This document shows, one piece after another, positions 27,295 through 40,199 of a stretch of DNA of 64,000 nt. Origin of the DNA: Lama guanicoe. Lineage: Eukaryota. The position numbers and the translations under genes were made by a program. How positions within the stretch are numbered: the stretch's first letter is position 1; each line of letters begins with the position of its first letter. The stretch is from NCBI GenBank assembly GCA_013239625.1, contig MU053513.1, forward strand, positions 980,927 to 1,044,926, read 5' to 3'. Under the pieces are notes generated by a model that was not told the origin of the DNA, made no database searches, and worked only from the letters and a program-made list of their open reading frames with translations.

Positions 27295-27510
27295 CTTGAA
27301 CTCGATCTAGAATAAAATGCAAAGCCACAGTCCTCAGTAGAAGCAAGTGTTGATTCATCTGAATTTAGCAGTACAGCTGCTAACAAAGTACGTGGAGTAT
27401 CTAAAGTCACGATTGCTGGAAGGTCACACCGTGTCAGGTGAGTGTTATGAACAAAATAGCGACTCAACATTGGGACATGATGGCTTATAAGGCCTCCCAG
27501 CCCCGCCGCC
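27295..27510 (-). promoter_or_regulatory. Candidate core promoter and first exon of an unidentified minus-strand transcript
   Basis: GC box GGCGGGGC (27500-27507), TATAAG starting 27489, Inr CTATTTT with A at 27457, donor AAG|GTAATT after 27295. Confidence 0.4.
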
Positions 27511-29609
27511 CTACCCACTACTTCCTTAGAGAAAAAAGGGTGGAAATCATGTCTTTATTTAGAGATCTCATTTAAGGAAACAGTCTGTTAGAAATACAGC
27601 TCTACTTCAAACAAGAAGTGCTTATTGAATTTGAATATTAGGATCTGGGACAGTGGATTTTAAAAATGTAATGGAGCCCACTGAGCCTCATCACACGAAG
27701 CTTAATGATAATTGTGGAAAGATAATTAGAATTGTTTTAATCTCCCCATTTTAATCAATCACAGGTTTATTAGGGGTTTTGTTTTTTTGGTTTTTTTTTT
27801 AAATACAGTATTTTTCTGTCCCTAGGACCGAAAAGAGGAAATGGAAGAAGATAGGCTTGAAACGTGAAGTGTTTGAATTTTTTTTTCAGCCAATAACCTT
27901 GAAAAGACAGTCTCCTTGAGCAAATCAACACTTCGAAAATGAAACATTTCTTATTTGAATCAATCATTGGTTGTTTTACTTCCAGATCTTAATGTGCTAT
28001 AGAATCATTCCACACATATATACCCAAACACATGCCCAGAGACACACAAAAGGATCTTTTAATTCTGTCCTCAATCTAAGGCAAAGTTTAGGCTGGCGCA
28101 CTTGTCTGCTCTTCCAGATTCCAGCCAGATGATTATTTGTGCTTCGTGGTATGTGCAACAATGGCAGGCTAAGGGTTTATATATTGTATTGTATTGTATT
28201 GAGATGACTTATTTTTGCCACAGTTAGAAAAGCTGTTGGAGAAGAATAAAAGCTGTTTCTATAAATACCACCAAAGAAGATAGTTAAAGTGAATACATTT
28301 TTCCCCCTTAAACCAGGATTTCATTCATTTTTATGTCTATTCCACAAGAAAAGCCCTAATATTATATAGCTCGTTCCTCATTCTCAGGTGCTATAATAGT
28401 ATCTTCTTGATGCACATGCCCAGCTCCTATTAAATACTAATGGTGGCTCCACACAGACACCCCGAGGACAGGGCAGCCCTGGGCAGCCTTTGCTCCGCAT
28501 GTTGGGAGTTTGAGGAGATGCTTTTCTCGATGGGCGTTAGCCGTGCTTTAAAATGGATTATCTTTCCACTAACGCACCTCATGAAAACGGATTGGTCTGT
28601 CTCCAAATTATCTGGATGAAGAACAAGGAGTGGGACTTCGGGCCACCGCCGGTTACAGAGAAGATAAGAACAGCTGATGAAACCCAGCGGGTGTGTCCAC
28701 ATTATCCGTTTCTATCACTACACGTTACGCAGCCCTGTTGTGGGTAAGAGAGTGTGATTATGTATTTTTGCTTAGCCTTGTGATCCAATGGGTACAAAGA
28801 AAGCCATATGAACAGATAAGGCCTGAATGATGATATCTGAGCTCCATCTCGCTTCCTCTTCCATGTCATCTAGCATATCTTTCCAGTGCTCCCACAAGCA
28901 TTTCTGAAAATGACTGGCAACGTGGGATCTAGGAAGACCCTCCCGGCTGTCTCCATATCCATGTGTAAGCAAAATCACAATAGGATGATATTACACTGAA
29001 TTAAATGAATGATTGATTTTCACTCTATTTTGCTGTATCCGAAGATCATTCTACCTCCAGTGTTCTCTTGAAATTAAAGAAATTCTCCCAAAATATGCTG
29101 TTTTATTTCCTTTTAAATAAGTTATATTTAGCATCTCTTTTAAGGTGTATAAAAGACTAATAAAAAGTTATCCCAGCTACAGAAATGTGGAAGATTCATG
29201 AAGAAACAACCCACTGTTCTGAGGACTCTGAACATGAGCTGATTCTTGAAGGAATTTTTTTTATGTGAAAAGAATTACATATGTACTCATACAGGAAGTC
29301 TTAAAGGCTTCAAAGGGAAGTAAAGAAACAATATTTTTGATATCATTTGTAATGCAGAATATTTACTGTTTTCTCTATATCGGTCCCAAAACACTATCTT
29401 AACCTTAAGGTCATTTTGTTCCTACAGAGTCCCAAATTGTGAATTATAGTCATGTTGCAAACTGATGAATTTAAAATAGCCTTTCTTTGAAGAGAAAAAA
29501 TCATCATTTTTATACAACTTTATAAAATGTTCATAAAAAGTGAAAACTTTCCTTTAATTATTCTTCCTATCGTAATATTTCTTAGTGATACTGGATGGAA
29601 ATTAATAGC

Positions 29610-30068
29610 GCAGAAGTTATACAAAAGAGGCTGTCTATTAATTAACAGATCAAAATCTAGAAATAAACCAAATGTCCTTCAGATGGTGGATGGAATAACA
29701 AACCTTGGTACAGAGTATTATACTGTAGAATACTACTCAGACTTAAATATGAGCAAACTCTTGTTATGTACAGTAAATCAGATGACTCTCAAAGACTGAA
29801 AAGAGAAGCCAATCTTAAATGGTTACATGCTGAATGATTACATGGCACTTTTAAAGAGACAAAATGGTAGTGGTGGAGAACAGATCAGTGGTTGCCAATG
29901 GCAACAGATGAAGGGAGGGGATGTCTATAAAGTGAGAGCATGATGGAGGTGTTTGGGATGATGCACTTGTTTTGTATCCTGGTGTTGAAACCATGCATAT
30001 CTGAACATTCATATGACTGTAAGCCAAGATAAAAAGTCAATTTTCCTTGATGACAATTCAAAAAAATT
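29610..30068 (+). mobile_element. Old L1 (L1ME-like) 3' UTR
   Basis: aaaccaaatgtccttcagatggtggatgga..gagaacagatcagtggttgcc..ttgttttgtatcctg. Confidence 0.8.
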
Positions 30069-30289
30069 GCTACATGTGCTATTACATAAAGAAAACTGGA
30101 ATTTAAAATTGATAAGAAACAACAATGCATTTATGTAATTTTGTTTCTAATGACTTTTCCTTCATTTATTTTATCCACTTAATTCATTCCTTCAACAAAA
30201 GATTATTGAGAATCTGTTGTATCTTATTATTATGCATGTGGATTGGCGAGCTGTCAGTCATATCTCTCCTTTTGTAGAAATTCACTATT

Positions 30290-30890
30290 TATTGATTCTA
30301 CTTCCTCACCTCTCACTTCTCTTAACCCATCTAATCAAGATATTACCTCCACCATTCCCTTGAATCTGTACTTACGAAGGGCATCAATGACCCTCATATT
30401 GTGAAATCCAGGCTTCAACTTTCATTGGCACCTTTTGGCACATTACCCACTCTTCCTTCACTTAGCTTCCAGGACACTACCACTCTTGTTTTTCTCCTAT
30501 CTCACTGATTACTCTATTTTTCTTCTTTGCTGGATCTTCCTTTCATCCAGATTCCTAATTATTTCCCTACTTGAGAGCTCGATATTTAAGCATCTTCTCT
30601 ATTAATATTTGCCTCATAGGTAATTTCATAAAACGACTCCCAGATTAATATATCTATTGCCACCTCCTTCCTAATTGCCCAAATTCTCTGTCAGTTTCCT
30701 ACCTAACATCTCCATTTGGATGTTTAATAGGTTTCTCCAAAAAATTTCCACTACTACAAACAATAACCACCACCAAAAATTAATAATGATAACCCTGACT
30801 CCCTTATATACTCTTCTCTGTCTCAAGAAATGTCAGGGCCATCCTAGAATTTTCTCAGGAGCATCTTTGAGTCAAACTTGACTCTTTCTT
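30290..30890 (+). mobile_element. L2 fragment
   Basis: catcaatgaccctcatattgtgaaatcc..cttagcttccaggacac..acatctccatttggatgtttaatagg. Confidence 0.7.
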
Positions 30891-30899
30891 TTTGGGAAG

Positions 30900-32600
30900 A
30901 CAGATTATACAATAGGGCTGAAAAGGAGGTCCTGGATAGACACACGATACAACTGTAGATTTTAATGAGAGTAAGAGAAAGCCATTGTTTCAAATAGTGA
31001 GTTTCCATAACTGGGTTTATGTGGAAAATATGTTCGGTGGGATGCTTGTAAGACAGAAGAAGGGAGGGAGGTGGTTATGACACCAGAACAGTGTTCCTGG
31101 AAGGAAATCCTAGATTGTGGGGAGGTTGAAAGTGATAGGATTGGATTATGTGCGGGACTTGGAGTGTTTCTAATTCATACGACTGGACAGGTGATGGTGT
31201 CACTGGAAGAGGACCTGTGTCATATGCATTTTTGTTTGTTTTCTTGGGGAGATGGGTAGAAATCATCTGTTTAGTTTTAGCCGTATTTGGTTTGAGGTGC
31301 TTTTCCCACATCCAGAAGAAAGTATTAACTAGCAGCTGCACATACTTGTAAGCAACTTTGGGAGATAACGAAATCTAGAGACATAGATTTCTGAGTCATT
31401 TGCATTTTGAGAAAAACTTATCCCATGGGTATTAATGATATGGCCTGTGGTAAACTGTGCACAATTAGAAGAGATTACTCAATCCTGACCCTTGGCAATG
31501 TCAGTGTTCATTGGGGAGGTAGAGAAGAATGAACGCCCCCTGAAAGAAATAGAATAAGTGACCTGAGAAGAATGAAGTAAACATATCATGTCATGGAAAC
31601 CAAAACAAAAAAAAAAAAAAAGAGAGAGAGAGCAAGAGAGTTATTTCAGGAAGGGTGAGTTTAAAGCACAGCACCCTGATGAAAGTTCAACTAAATTACT
31701 GATAATTGTCGGAAAAATTTAGGAAGATGGGGATCATTTGTGGTCTTAACATGCATTGTTTGAGTGGAAGAATGAGGTCAGAATACTGACAGGACTAAAT
31801 TAATGAGTAAATTGGAGGGAAGGAAATGGGAAATTTTAGGCAATTATGTTGAAAAATTTGGATAATAAACTTTTGGGATGGAAAGTCGGAGAGGGCATGA
31901 AGCTTGAAGCAGCTAATGGCTGATGCAGTGAGAGCAGGAAAAAATGAAACAGTCAAGCTGATCTGAGTTTGGGTCATTTCCAGGTGAATGTGATGGGGAA
32001 GAAAAAACTTTTGAGACATTAACAAGAGTGTTCTTGAAATGATGAATTTAAGCCCAATGACAGGGAGTGAAAGGTAGCTATTGACAAGGAATAGGAAAAG
32101 GTGAGTAAGACTGGATAAGTGATACAGATGGCACTGAATAGTTGAAAAAAGCATATTGCTGAATAAATAAGCTGAACATATAAGAGGATATGGTAGAGAC
32201 TGTGAGGCTTGAGTCATTTATTTTAGAGGAAAAGAAACTGAAGGTGATGGCATGGTGTTAGGGATAACCACTGGAGGAGATTGCTAAAGTAAAGAAAAAG
32301 AGAAAGTCATTGGAATTGAAGAGGTCAGGAACACTGCGAAGCCAGAACACCAAGGGGTTCATCCTTTGAGCATCAAAGATACATACACAAGGTGATGGGG
32401 GTAAACTAGACGACACAGTTTTCAGTACATCGGCTCAAGGCAAAAGAATATTTTTACAAGACAGTAAAAGAGTAATAGGCTGGAGGTAATAATGGAGTTA
32501 AAGGGGGACATCAAAGCTTAATTCCTGGTTATGAGTTATGTTGGGTGAGGGAAGGTGAACAGAAAGGAGCAGAGGTGATGTCCGCGGGAAGGAGGCAGTT
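30900..32600 (-). mobile_element. L2 fragments
   Basis: gtatttggtttgaggtgc..cacatccag..gagacatagatttctgagtcatt..tgtcatggaaacc purine-rich reverse L2 motifs. Confidence 0.55.
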
Positions 32601-34099
32601 ATCGGTTAAAGACCAGAAGCTGGAGAGAGCACTGAGATGCCCACGGAGGATGCAGTGGAGTTTGCCACTGGTGGAGGAAGAACTCCAGAGGATAGCATGA
32701 CTGCTTTAGCAGGTGCGGGACTGCAGCCTAAGGACAAGGTGGTGCAGAGCGTTACAGACAGCAGGGAGCATGAGAGCACAGATGGGCCAGAGAAGAAGAC
32801 AGCTGGGATCCTGAACTGATCTAAACTAAGATCAGAAGTGCAGAGTCAGATACAGAAGTCCTGTTGAGGACAATGGGTTTTATTTGGTCATTTGCCCTGG
32901 TTAATAGGGATTTTTGATGCCTGTAACACTACATACTATGTGGCTTGGCGGTTAGAAAATTCTAGGACTGTCAACTATACACGCTCTGTGGGCTGATTGG
33001 CAGCTGATCCACAAACCCTTGACTCAGTTACTGAGCCTTCAGAAGGACAATTTTTAATTCAAGTATTTGACAGACTCATGATTTAAACAAAAAACTTCAA
33101 AGATTATTGACAGATATAATCTGCCTGGGCTTCTAGGTTAGAAAAGAAAGATGATACAGACATTTAAAAGAATGATATAATATGAAATCACATTCAACTT
33201 TTGGCATGATTAATTACTTTTCAAATTAAAGATGAAGTTGAATTTTTTAACATATGAACTTGGTCTTCAGACTGGAAACTTTTGGCTTATCCCTCAAATG
33301 CAGCAAAATCCTACTCCCAGGTAGACATAACAATGTCTAGTTAAAAAGAAAAGGAATGATCCTCCCAAAGCCATGTTCTTTTTGAATACCGGCATTCAAA
33401 ATGCCATCCTTGAGCTGAACTTAAAACAGTCTGCAATAAAGAAGAATCAGCTTAAGTCATTTAATCATTTCAAGTGCGTTCTGCAGCCTATAAAAATAAG
33501 TTTGAGAAATCTAAGAGCATTGTGTTTCATTAAGTTTTGCATATCTTTTGTTATGCCATGTAAATTCCCTTCTTTTTCATCTGATTAAAGAAAGGTTGTG
33601 ATAAAATGATTAGTTCATTTACATTCACTTGTAGCAATTACATAAGAATCTGAATTTTGTCATGTTTGGGCTTGTTCATTCCTGTGAATGATAGTACAGT
33701 TGGGCGAGATTTTCTGTTATGGTGCCCAAACTCACCATTTGGTCCCCTTTAATCTTTGAGGGTTTCAATAAAAATTGGTCATTCAAAAAAAAAGGAAGAA
33801 GAAAGAAAGAAAAGGAGTATTTCTTATTCTGAGCCTCTTTTACAGGGACAGATCCAGCAGACATCAGCTCAAATCTCACTGACCATAACTGAGTCACATG
33901 ATCTTGGCTTAGCTGCAGGGATGCTCCAAAGCCTGGTTTGGGAGACAATTCAGTCTCTATGCTGGGAACTTGACTACAGTGACAAAGAGGAAATGAGGGG
34001 AGAGAGCGATGACTAACGGAGGGGCCGCCAGTCTGCATTAAGAAGGGTCAGCGTGCTCTTACTGAAATGTAAGTGGTGTGTGTGTATAAATACATCTCT

Positions 34100-34480
34100 A
34101 AACACATTACAGCTGTTTCATAAATGTTTGCAGTTCGTGAGATGGCTCTTACTTTTGTTTATGACATTACCATTGCCAATAGAAACTGAATGTTTTTGTA
34201 GGCATCTTTGTCAACCGTTTGCTTTCTAGTTTCTGGCTTTATGTCATGCTTAGAAAAGTCATCCTCTGTCAAAGATTCTGGAATAGTCACTTCTATTTTC
34301 TTCAACTGTTGTCAAAATTTACTTTTTAATATTACGTGCATTGCTCTATCTGAAATTGATTTCAGTGAGGTATGGATTTTCATTACATTTTCCCCCCAAA
34401 GGCTAACTAGTTTTCTCAGCACCATTTGTTGAATAGGCCAATTCGCTATCCATGAATTTGAAAGACTACATTAACCAAAT
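34100..34480 (-). mobile_element. Old L1 ORF2 fragment
   Basis: tttatgtcatgcttagaaaagtc..ctagttttctcagcaccatttgttgaatag. Confidence 0.65.
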
Positions 34481-34829
34481 GCTAAAAATCCATAAAACTC
34501 AGACAGGTCCCAAATTCTTATTCTTTTTTAAATTCACCTATGTCAGTAATGTTGCTTTAGTCTTTGAATTTAAAAATTGAGTGGAAAGCAGAGAAATGAT
34601 GGAGATTAACTGCTGAGTTCAGTCCAAACTATATGTGGAGGATTACAGGTTTGCATCTACTTTTCAGATGACCCAAAACCACCTCATGAATAGCCAGGAG
34701 ACGTCTGCAGAAGTGAGAAGACCTGGAGATGCCTTCCTCTGACCATGTCAGCCCCATTCAGCCACAGGCACTGAAGATATTCTGCCTGTAAATTGCAGCC
34801 CCCTTCTGCTGAGCAGCCAGAATATTTTT

Positions 34830-35290
34830 CATCCATAACAAATAGTTATTGATCTCCTACTGTATGCCGCACACTGTTCCAGAAACAGAAGAAAAATAAT
34901 GGTTGAGACAAAGTCTATGCTTTTACTACACAAGGAAGCAAGTACACAGTACAATTTTACAGGGTGCTAAGTACAAAGAAGAAAAGAAAACAAGTGGGAA
35001 GATTGAAAGTGTTGAGAGTCTACTGGGGACTTTTACGTCCGTGTTCAGGGAAAGCTGATCTGAGTGACGGGCTGAAGCCAGCCGGGGAGCCCAGAGGCGG
35101 AGCATCTCAGTCAGACGGAGGCAATTTCAAGTGCAAAAGTCTGGGGCTGGAATGAGTTTAGAACTGGGGATACTTGAGCAGAAGGAAAAGCAGGAGTGCA
35201 GTGAGAGGGCATGACGGGGAGAGTGGGAAGCGAGGTTGGAGAGCTAGGCAGGCAAGCACATCAAATAGGACATCGGAGACCATGGTAAGG
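34830..35290 (-). mobile_element. L2 3' region
   Basis: aacaaatagttattgatctcctactgtatgccgcacactgttc..caagtgcaaaagtctggggctggaatgag. Confidence 0.7.
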
Positions 35291-35574
35291 AGACGATTTC
35301 AGACCCACCAGCGGGGAAGGCTTGAAGTGAGCATCTCATACATGTGGGAGGTCCTTGTAACCTCACTGCTGCCATCACGGCCCTCCCGCTAACCTTCCCC
35401 TGCATCTGGTCACACCACATCGTTGGTCGCGATGATCATTGGAGAAATGACTCTGCCAACAAATTTTTTACAGAAAATGCAAACCTGACTTCGTCGCTCT
35501 CCTGTTACTTCTGTGGAAGTTTTCCTGATGCTGTTTCTTGTTCTGGTGTCTTGTTTGCACTGTTGTCCTGTTAA

Positions 35575-35800
35575 CAGCAGTGCTTACTATCTATTAAGGT
35601 CTACGAGGCACCAGGCAATGTTCTGGGGGTTTCCCATTAGTAACACACTGAATCTTCATAATGATGCTGTGGAGCATGAGCTATCAACATTCCCACTGAC
35701 AGATGATGGACCTGGAGTGTGGACTCTGCCCTCAGTCACACAGCTAATGTGTAGAGGACCTGGGGTTTGAACACTAGGAGAATGTCTCCAGAGCCCAAAA
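35575..35800 (-). mobile_element. MIR SINE
   Basis: aatcttcataa..cccactgacagatga..gtcacacagctaa..ggggtttgaacactagg. Confidence 0.65.
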
Positions 35801-36454
35801 GCCGAGGTGTTACGTTGTGCTGCGTCCCACAAGCCCTTGTCAGAGGTGCTGTGTATTTGATGGATGCTGAATGTCTTAGAGAACAAGCAGAGGAGAAATA
35901 GTTAAGAAGTGCAACTTCCTAGTAACAGAAGCCTATCACTAGGCTTTGTACATGTGTTTCTTTCTTAAATACTCACAATGACCCTATGATGCAGGGCTTT
36001 CTTCGGTGTGGTGGTATGGCCCGTTTCTGATATCACTGCGCTACTGCTTCTCGGTACCTAGCCGTGCCCTTAGCATCCTCGGACGGGGACTGGGGACAGC
36101 GCCTTTATGATCATTCCTTAGGACAGAGGACTGCATGTTTTCACCTTGATGGGTAAATATTCAGTCTGGTCATCAGTCCAGACAGAGGATTACCAGTCCA
36201 GTGGTAATTCTTCTGATTAATGGAAAACAATAGATGTCCAGCGCCCCTCTCTGATTGGCTCACCTCTTGCTGAAGCTTATTGCTTGAAGGCAACTGTCTG
36301 ACACACAGGAGATGTTCAATCACATTCACCGAGTAGATGAATAGAGCCCCTCAAACGCTAACAAATTCAGGCTCTCAACCTGTTATTGTTATTTTTTTAG
36401 AAACCCAAATATAATTGTGCTCGTTCTCTTCCATTTCCTTGGTTGACTCTTATC

Positions 36455-36690
36455 TAACTACACATATAGCACGTGCTGTGGGCCGAGCACTGCGTTAGGT
36501 ACCTAACACGTAATTTGAATCTCTGAAACTCACAACAATCTAATGAGGGAGGCACCACTGTGCCGCCCTTTTGCAGATAAGGAAAATGTGGCATGGAGAG
36601 GTTAATTTATGTTTCGAAAGAAACAAAGACAAAACTGGTACATAGTACAGACAGGCTTCCAACACAAGAAGCCTGTTTCCAGCTTCTGAG
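36455..36690 (-). mobile_element. MIR SINE
   Basis: ctcacaacaatctaatgagg..ttttgcagataaggaaaatgtggcatggagaggttaa. Confidence 0.75.
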
Positions 36691-36872
36691 CTGTCAACCA
36701 CCTTGGCACTACCTTCATAAGGGCTGTTTTGTCACTGAGAACCTCCTCGTGCCTCACCAGCCCACAGCAAAAGTGAGAGGCCATTTATAGTTATGCTTAG
36801 ATTATAGTATCTTGAAGCCACTATCCCTTTACTTGTGGTAATTTCCATTTTTTTCCAGAATTCACTCTCCAC

Positions 36873-36913
36873 GTAAGTATTTACACACATCCTCAGAGTG
36901 TGTAAATACTTAC
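36873..36913. repeat. Perfect 16-bp inverted repeat with 9-nt spacer
   Basis: GTAAGTATTTACACAC (36873-36888) and GTGTGTAAATACTTAC (36898-36913). Confidence 0.95.
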
Positions 36914-37639
36914 ACTCTGTCCATACATCAGTCCTTTTCAGAGCTCCCCATTTCCACCGGCATCTCTCAAGTCTGAACTCCACAACCAACAGTGTCCCAC
37001 GCTCGTTCTGGTGGTATCAGTTGTCCCCAGCCTGATAGTTGGCCGCCACAACTGTGGGCCGTCAGTGCTGACAAGAGAGTCAGATATTTAGCGTCTTTGA
37101 GAGCCCATTTAAAAGTGCCAGCAGTTATCTCAGATGGCAAACATTCTGTCTCCAAGGATTCATAGGTCAAAGGAAGGGTGTGCTCTCCTCACTCACCTCC
37201 AATCAGAGACTAATCACAACAGACTGACCTGGATCTGAAATTATTCTTATTAGTGCATAACATTTTCAATTCACACACCTGTCCATTTCCTTGGAGAAGA
37301 ACTTGGATCTGAATAGGCTCCCACATCAGCCACACCCCGTGCCCCACACCAGCGCACCCCTCTGATGGGTCAGACCTTGGTGGGTCATCCCACATTCTTC
37401 CTCTCTTGTGACTGGGCCCTTCTTAGAGCCTTCTTTTGTTCTTTCCAATCCTCAGGCATTGTCTGGTTTCACCCTAATAGATCAGACTTTTCTTTATACG
37501 CTAAACATCAGTGGGGCAAAAGAGGTCAGGGTTCTAGTGATTCCCCATGCTCCACTTTCAGAAGACTTCTTTGACATTTCATGTAAATCCACAGCTCTGT
37601 ACAGTGGAAAGTGATTCCCCTTTTTATCAAGCAGTTATT

Positions 37640-37985
37640 CAGAGAAAACTATTGTCATCCAGAGAAGTACTCTTGAAAATTGTCAGTCATCAAAATAAAG
37701 AACATCTCAGAAACTCTAACAACCAAGAATGTCCTAAGTAGGCATGGTCACCAAATGTAATGAGGTATTTTGAGGGGGATCTTAGAGGAGAAAAAGAGAA
37801 AACTATGGAAAAAATGGATTGTGGTTAATAATAATGTATCATCATTGGTTCATTAATTGTGACAATGAGCATGTGTGATATGAGATGGTGATAAGACAAA
37901 AAAACACTGATCTGGGCCACTTGTGAAATCCTTCAGTATCTTTGCACATTCTCTATAAATCTGAAGCAATTTAAAATAAGAATGT
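37640..37985 (+). mobile_element. L1MC-type 3' UTR fragment
   Basis: gtactcttgaaaattgtcagtcatc..aatgtatcatcattggttcattaattgtgacaa..tataaatctgaa. Confidence 0.7.
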
Positions 37986-39263
37986 ATTGAATAACATTTT
38001 TATATTTTAACATATGTTATTTTTAAATGGTCTTACTAGAAATGACTAACTTCACCTGTCACCTTGTTCTGTTTTGTTTTTAAAATATAGGATTATGACA
38101 TAGAGAATAAATAACCCAGAATAATACATAATTTCCAACTTTATAACAACACTTATTTTATATATTTTGTATTAAATGAAAGCACGTATATACTTACTTA
38201 TTTTATATTATGTTATTTAGAAGTTTGGCGGCATTTTGTGGTGGTGGTTTCACTGGATGGCTGTGTTTGGTGTTCACTCTCTAAAAAGCTTGTCCCCATA
38301 GACGTAGGTGAGGATTCAGGCTTTAGTGAGTCTATTTCATTTCATGGTTAAATATATTCAAAACACTGGTTTGTTAAATAATAATAATAATAACAACAAC
38401 AACATTATAACTAATGTTTAAAAAAAAGAAGTTTATCGCTTAACATTACCACATAACGGACTCATGGCCATAGCCTTGCCCGTCTGGAACAATTTACTAC
38501 TACCTTTCGCTTTGAGATTTCCCTGCTCTGCCATGGTGAGTGTTGTCCATCCTCGCTATACTCCAAAATTCAAGATATCAACCAACACAGATATTTTGAA
38601 GTATTATGTTCAAATCTATAATTCAATGTCCATAAATTATAGATCTTTTCCCTCAGCCCCTAAGGAAAATCCTTCATTTTTTCAAAATCTTTTTAAGTTC
38701 CAATTGTTCCAAAGCCAGTTTCTTATACTTTACTCTTATTATTGCCAAGAACTAACACAATAAATAAAAGATGTGCAAAGCTACCTTTTGTAGCAGTATA
38801 TATGTGTTTATTCCACCCCAATTATGAAAAGTATACAAGGCAACATTTCCTATAAATAACACTTAGCATTTTAATTATTCACCAGGAAGAGAAAAACTCA
38901 ACAAGTCTCAATATTACAGTTTCCTCCAACACTCATTGCTTAAGTTTGAGGTTCATATGTACTAGATTCTACATTAAGTCTGAAATTCTAATTCTAAATT
39001 AACTCTGAAATTATTTCTCTTCCAGCCACAAACATAGCTCTAAATCTTACAATCGCTTCTTTAAAAGACAGGAACTTTGAAAGAAGTTAATTTCTTGTTT
39101 GTGGGGGAAAAGATAGAATTCAGCCGATACCTACAAAACAGCTAATCCAGATGGAGGAAGAGAGAGAGGAGAATGGCTTGCTTACAACTGTCCCTTTCCT
39201 GGTTTCCTAAAGGGAAGATTTCATGTGTTTTTTTAACTCTATATCTAGGCTTCCTAGAGATCT

Positions 39264-39672
39264 GGTGATGGGTCAGCTAGGGTCCCTCCAAATTCATGTC
39301 CAACCAGAACCTCATAACGTGACCTTATTTGGAAATAGTGTCTTTGAAGATGTAACTAAGTTCAGATAAAGTAATACTGGATTAGGGTGGACCCCAAAGC
39401 CAATGACTGGTGTCTCAGTAACAAGAGGAGAGGACACACAGAAGAGCATATGAGATCACATGAAACCAGAGTTATGCGGCTGCAAGTCAAGGTCACCAGA
39501 AGCTGGAGAAGACAAGGAAGAATTCTTCCCTGGAGCCTTCAGAGGAATCATGGCCCTGTGACAACTTGATTCCAGACTTCTAGCCTCCAAAAATGTGAAA
39601 GAATGCATTTCTTTGATTTTAAGCTACCCAGTTCATGATGCTCTGTTATGGTGGCCCTGGGAAACTGACACA
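39264..39672 (+). mobile_element. MaLR LTR (MLT1B/C-like)
   Basis: ccaaattcatgtcc..gaacctcataacgtgaccttatttggaaatag..ggccctgggaaactgacaca. Confidence 0.9.
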
Positions 39673-39807
39673 CACGGGAGCACTCCTTTAACGCTGCTGC
39701 CCTGGATGCTGTGGAACACGAGGTTGAGAAGGCTTGGATAAGTCATTATTGCATCTGGAGCTTTTATCAGTAAGAAGCACAGACTCTGTGCCAGGTTTGC
39801 CTGGTGG

Positions 39808-40185
39808 ACCAGTCAGCTCAGGCTGCCCTAACAGAACAGAATTCCATAGACTGGGTGGCTTAAGCCACAGAAATGTACCTCTCACAAGCTGGAGACTCAG
39901 AAGTCTAAGATCAAGGTGCTGGTGAATTGGTTCCCGGTGACAGCTCTCTTCCTGGCTTGCAGAAGACCACCTTCTTGCTATGTCCTCACGTGGCAGAGAG
40001 AAAGAGTGAGAGACAATGCTCTCTGGTGTCTCCTCATGTAAGGACGACAGTCCCATCAGATTAGGGCCCTACTCTTAAGATTTCATTGAACCTCAATTAC
40101 CTCCTAAAGGACTTACATCCAAATATGGTCACATCGGGGGTTAGGGCTGCAACATCTGAATTTGGGGAAGACACAATTCAGTATG
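39808..40185 (-). mobile_element. MaLR LTR (MLT1A-like)
   Basis: aggctgccctaacagaa..agactgggtggcttaa..aagtctaagatcaaggtgctgg..gacacaattcagt. Confidence 0.9.
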
Positions 40186-40199
40186 GATGTGTATTAAGC

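Noticed and set aside
28772..28978. Protein-like peptide KCLWEHWKDMLDDMEEEARW on the minus strand
   Set aside because: No convincing splice-site pair and no recognised homology.
36164..36208. Two adjacent small hairpins with CAGTCCAG repeated
   Set aside because: Stems of only 6-7 bp, expected by chance.
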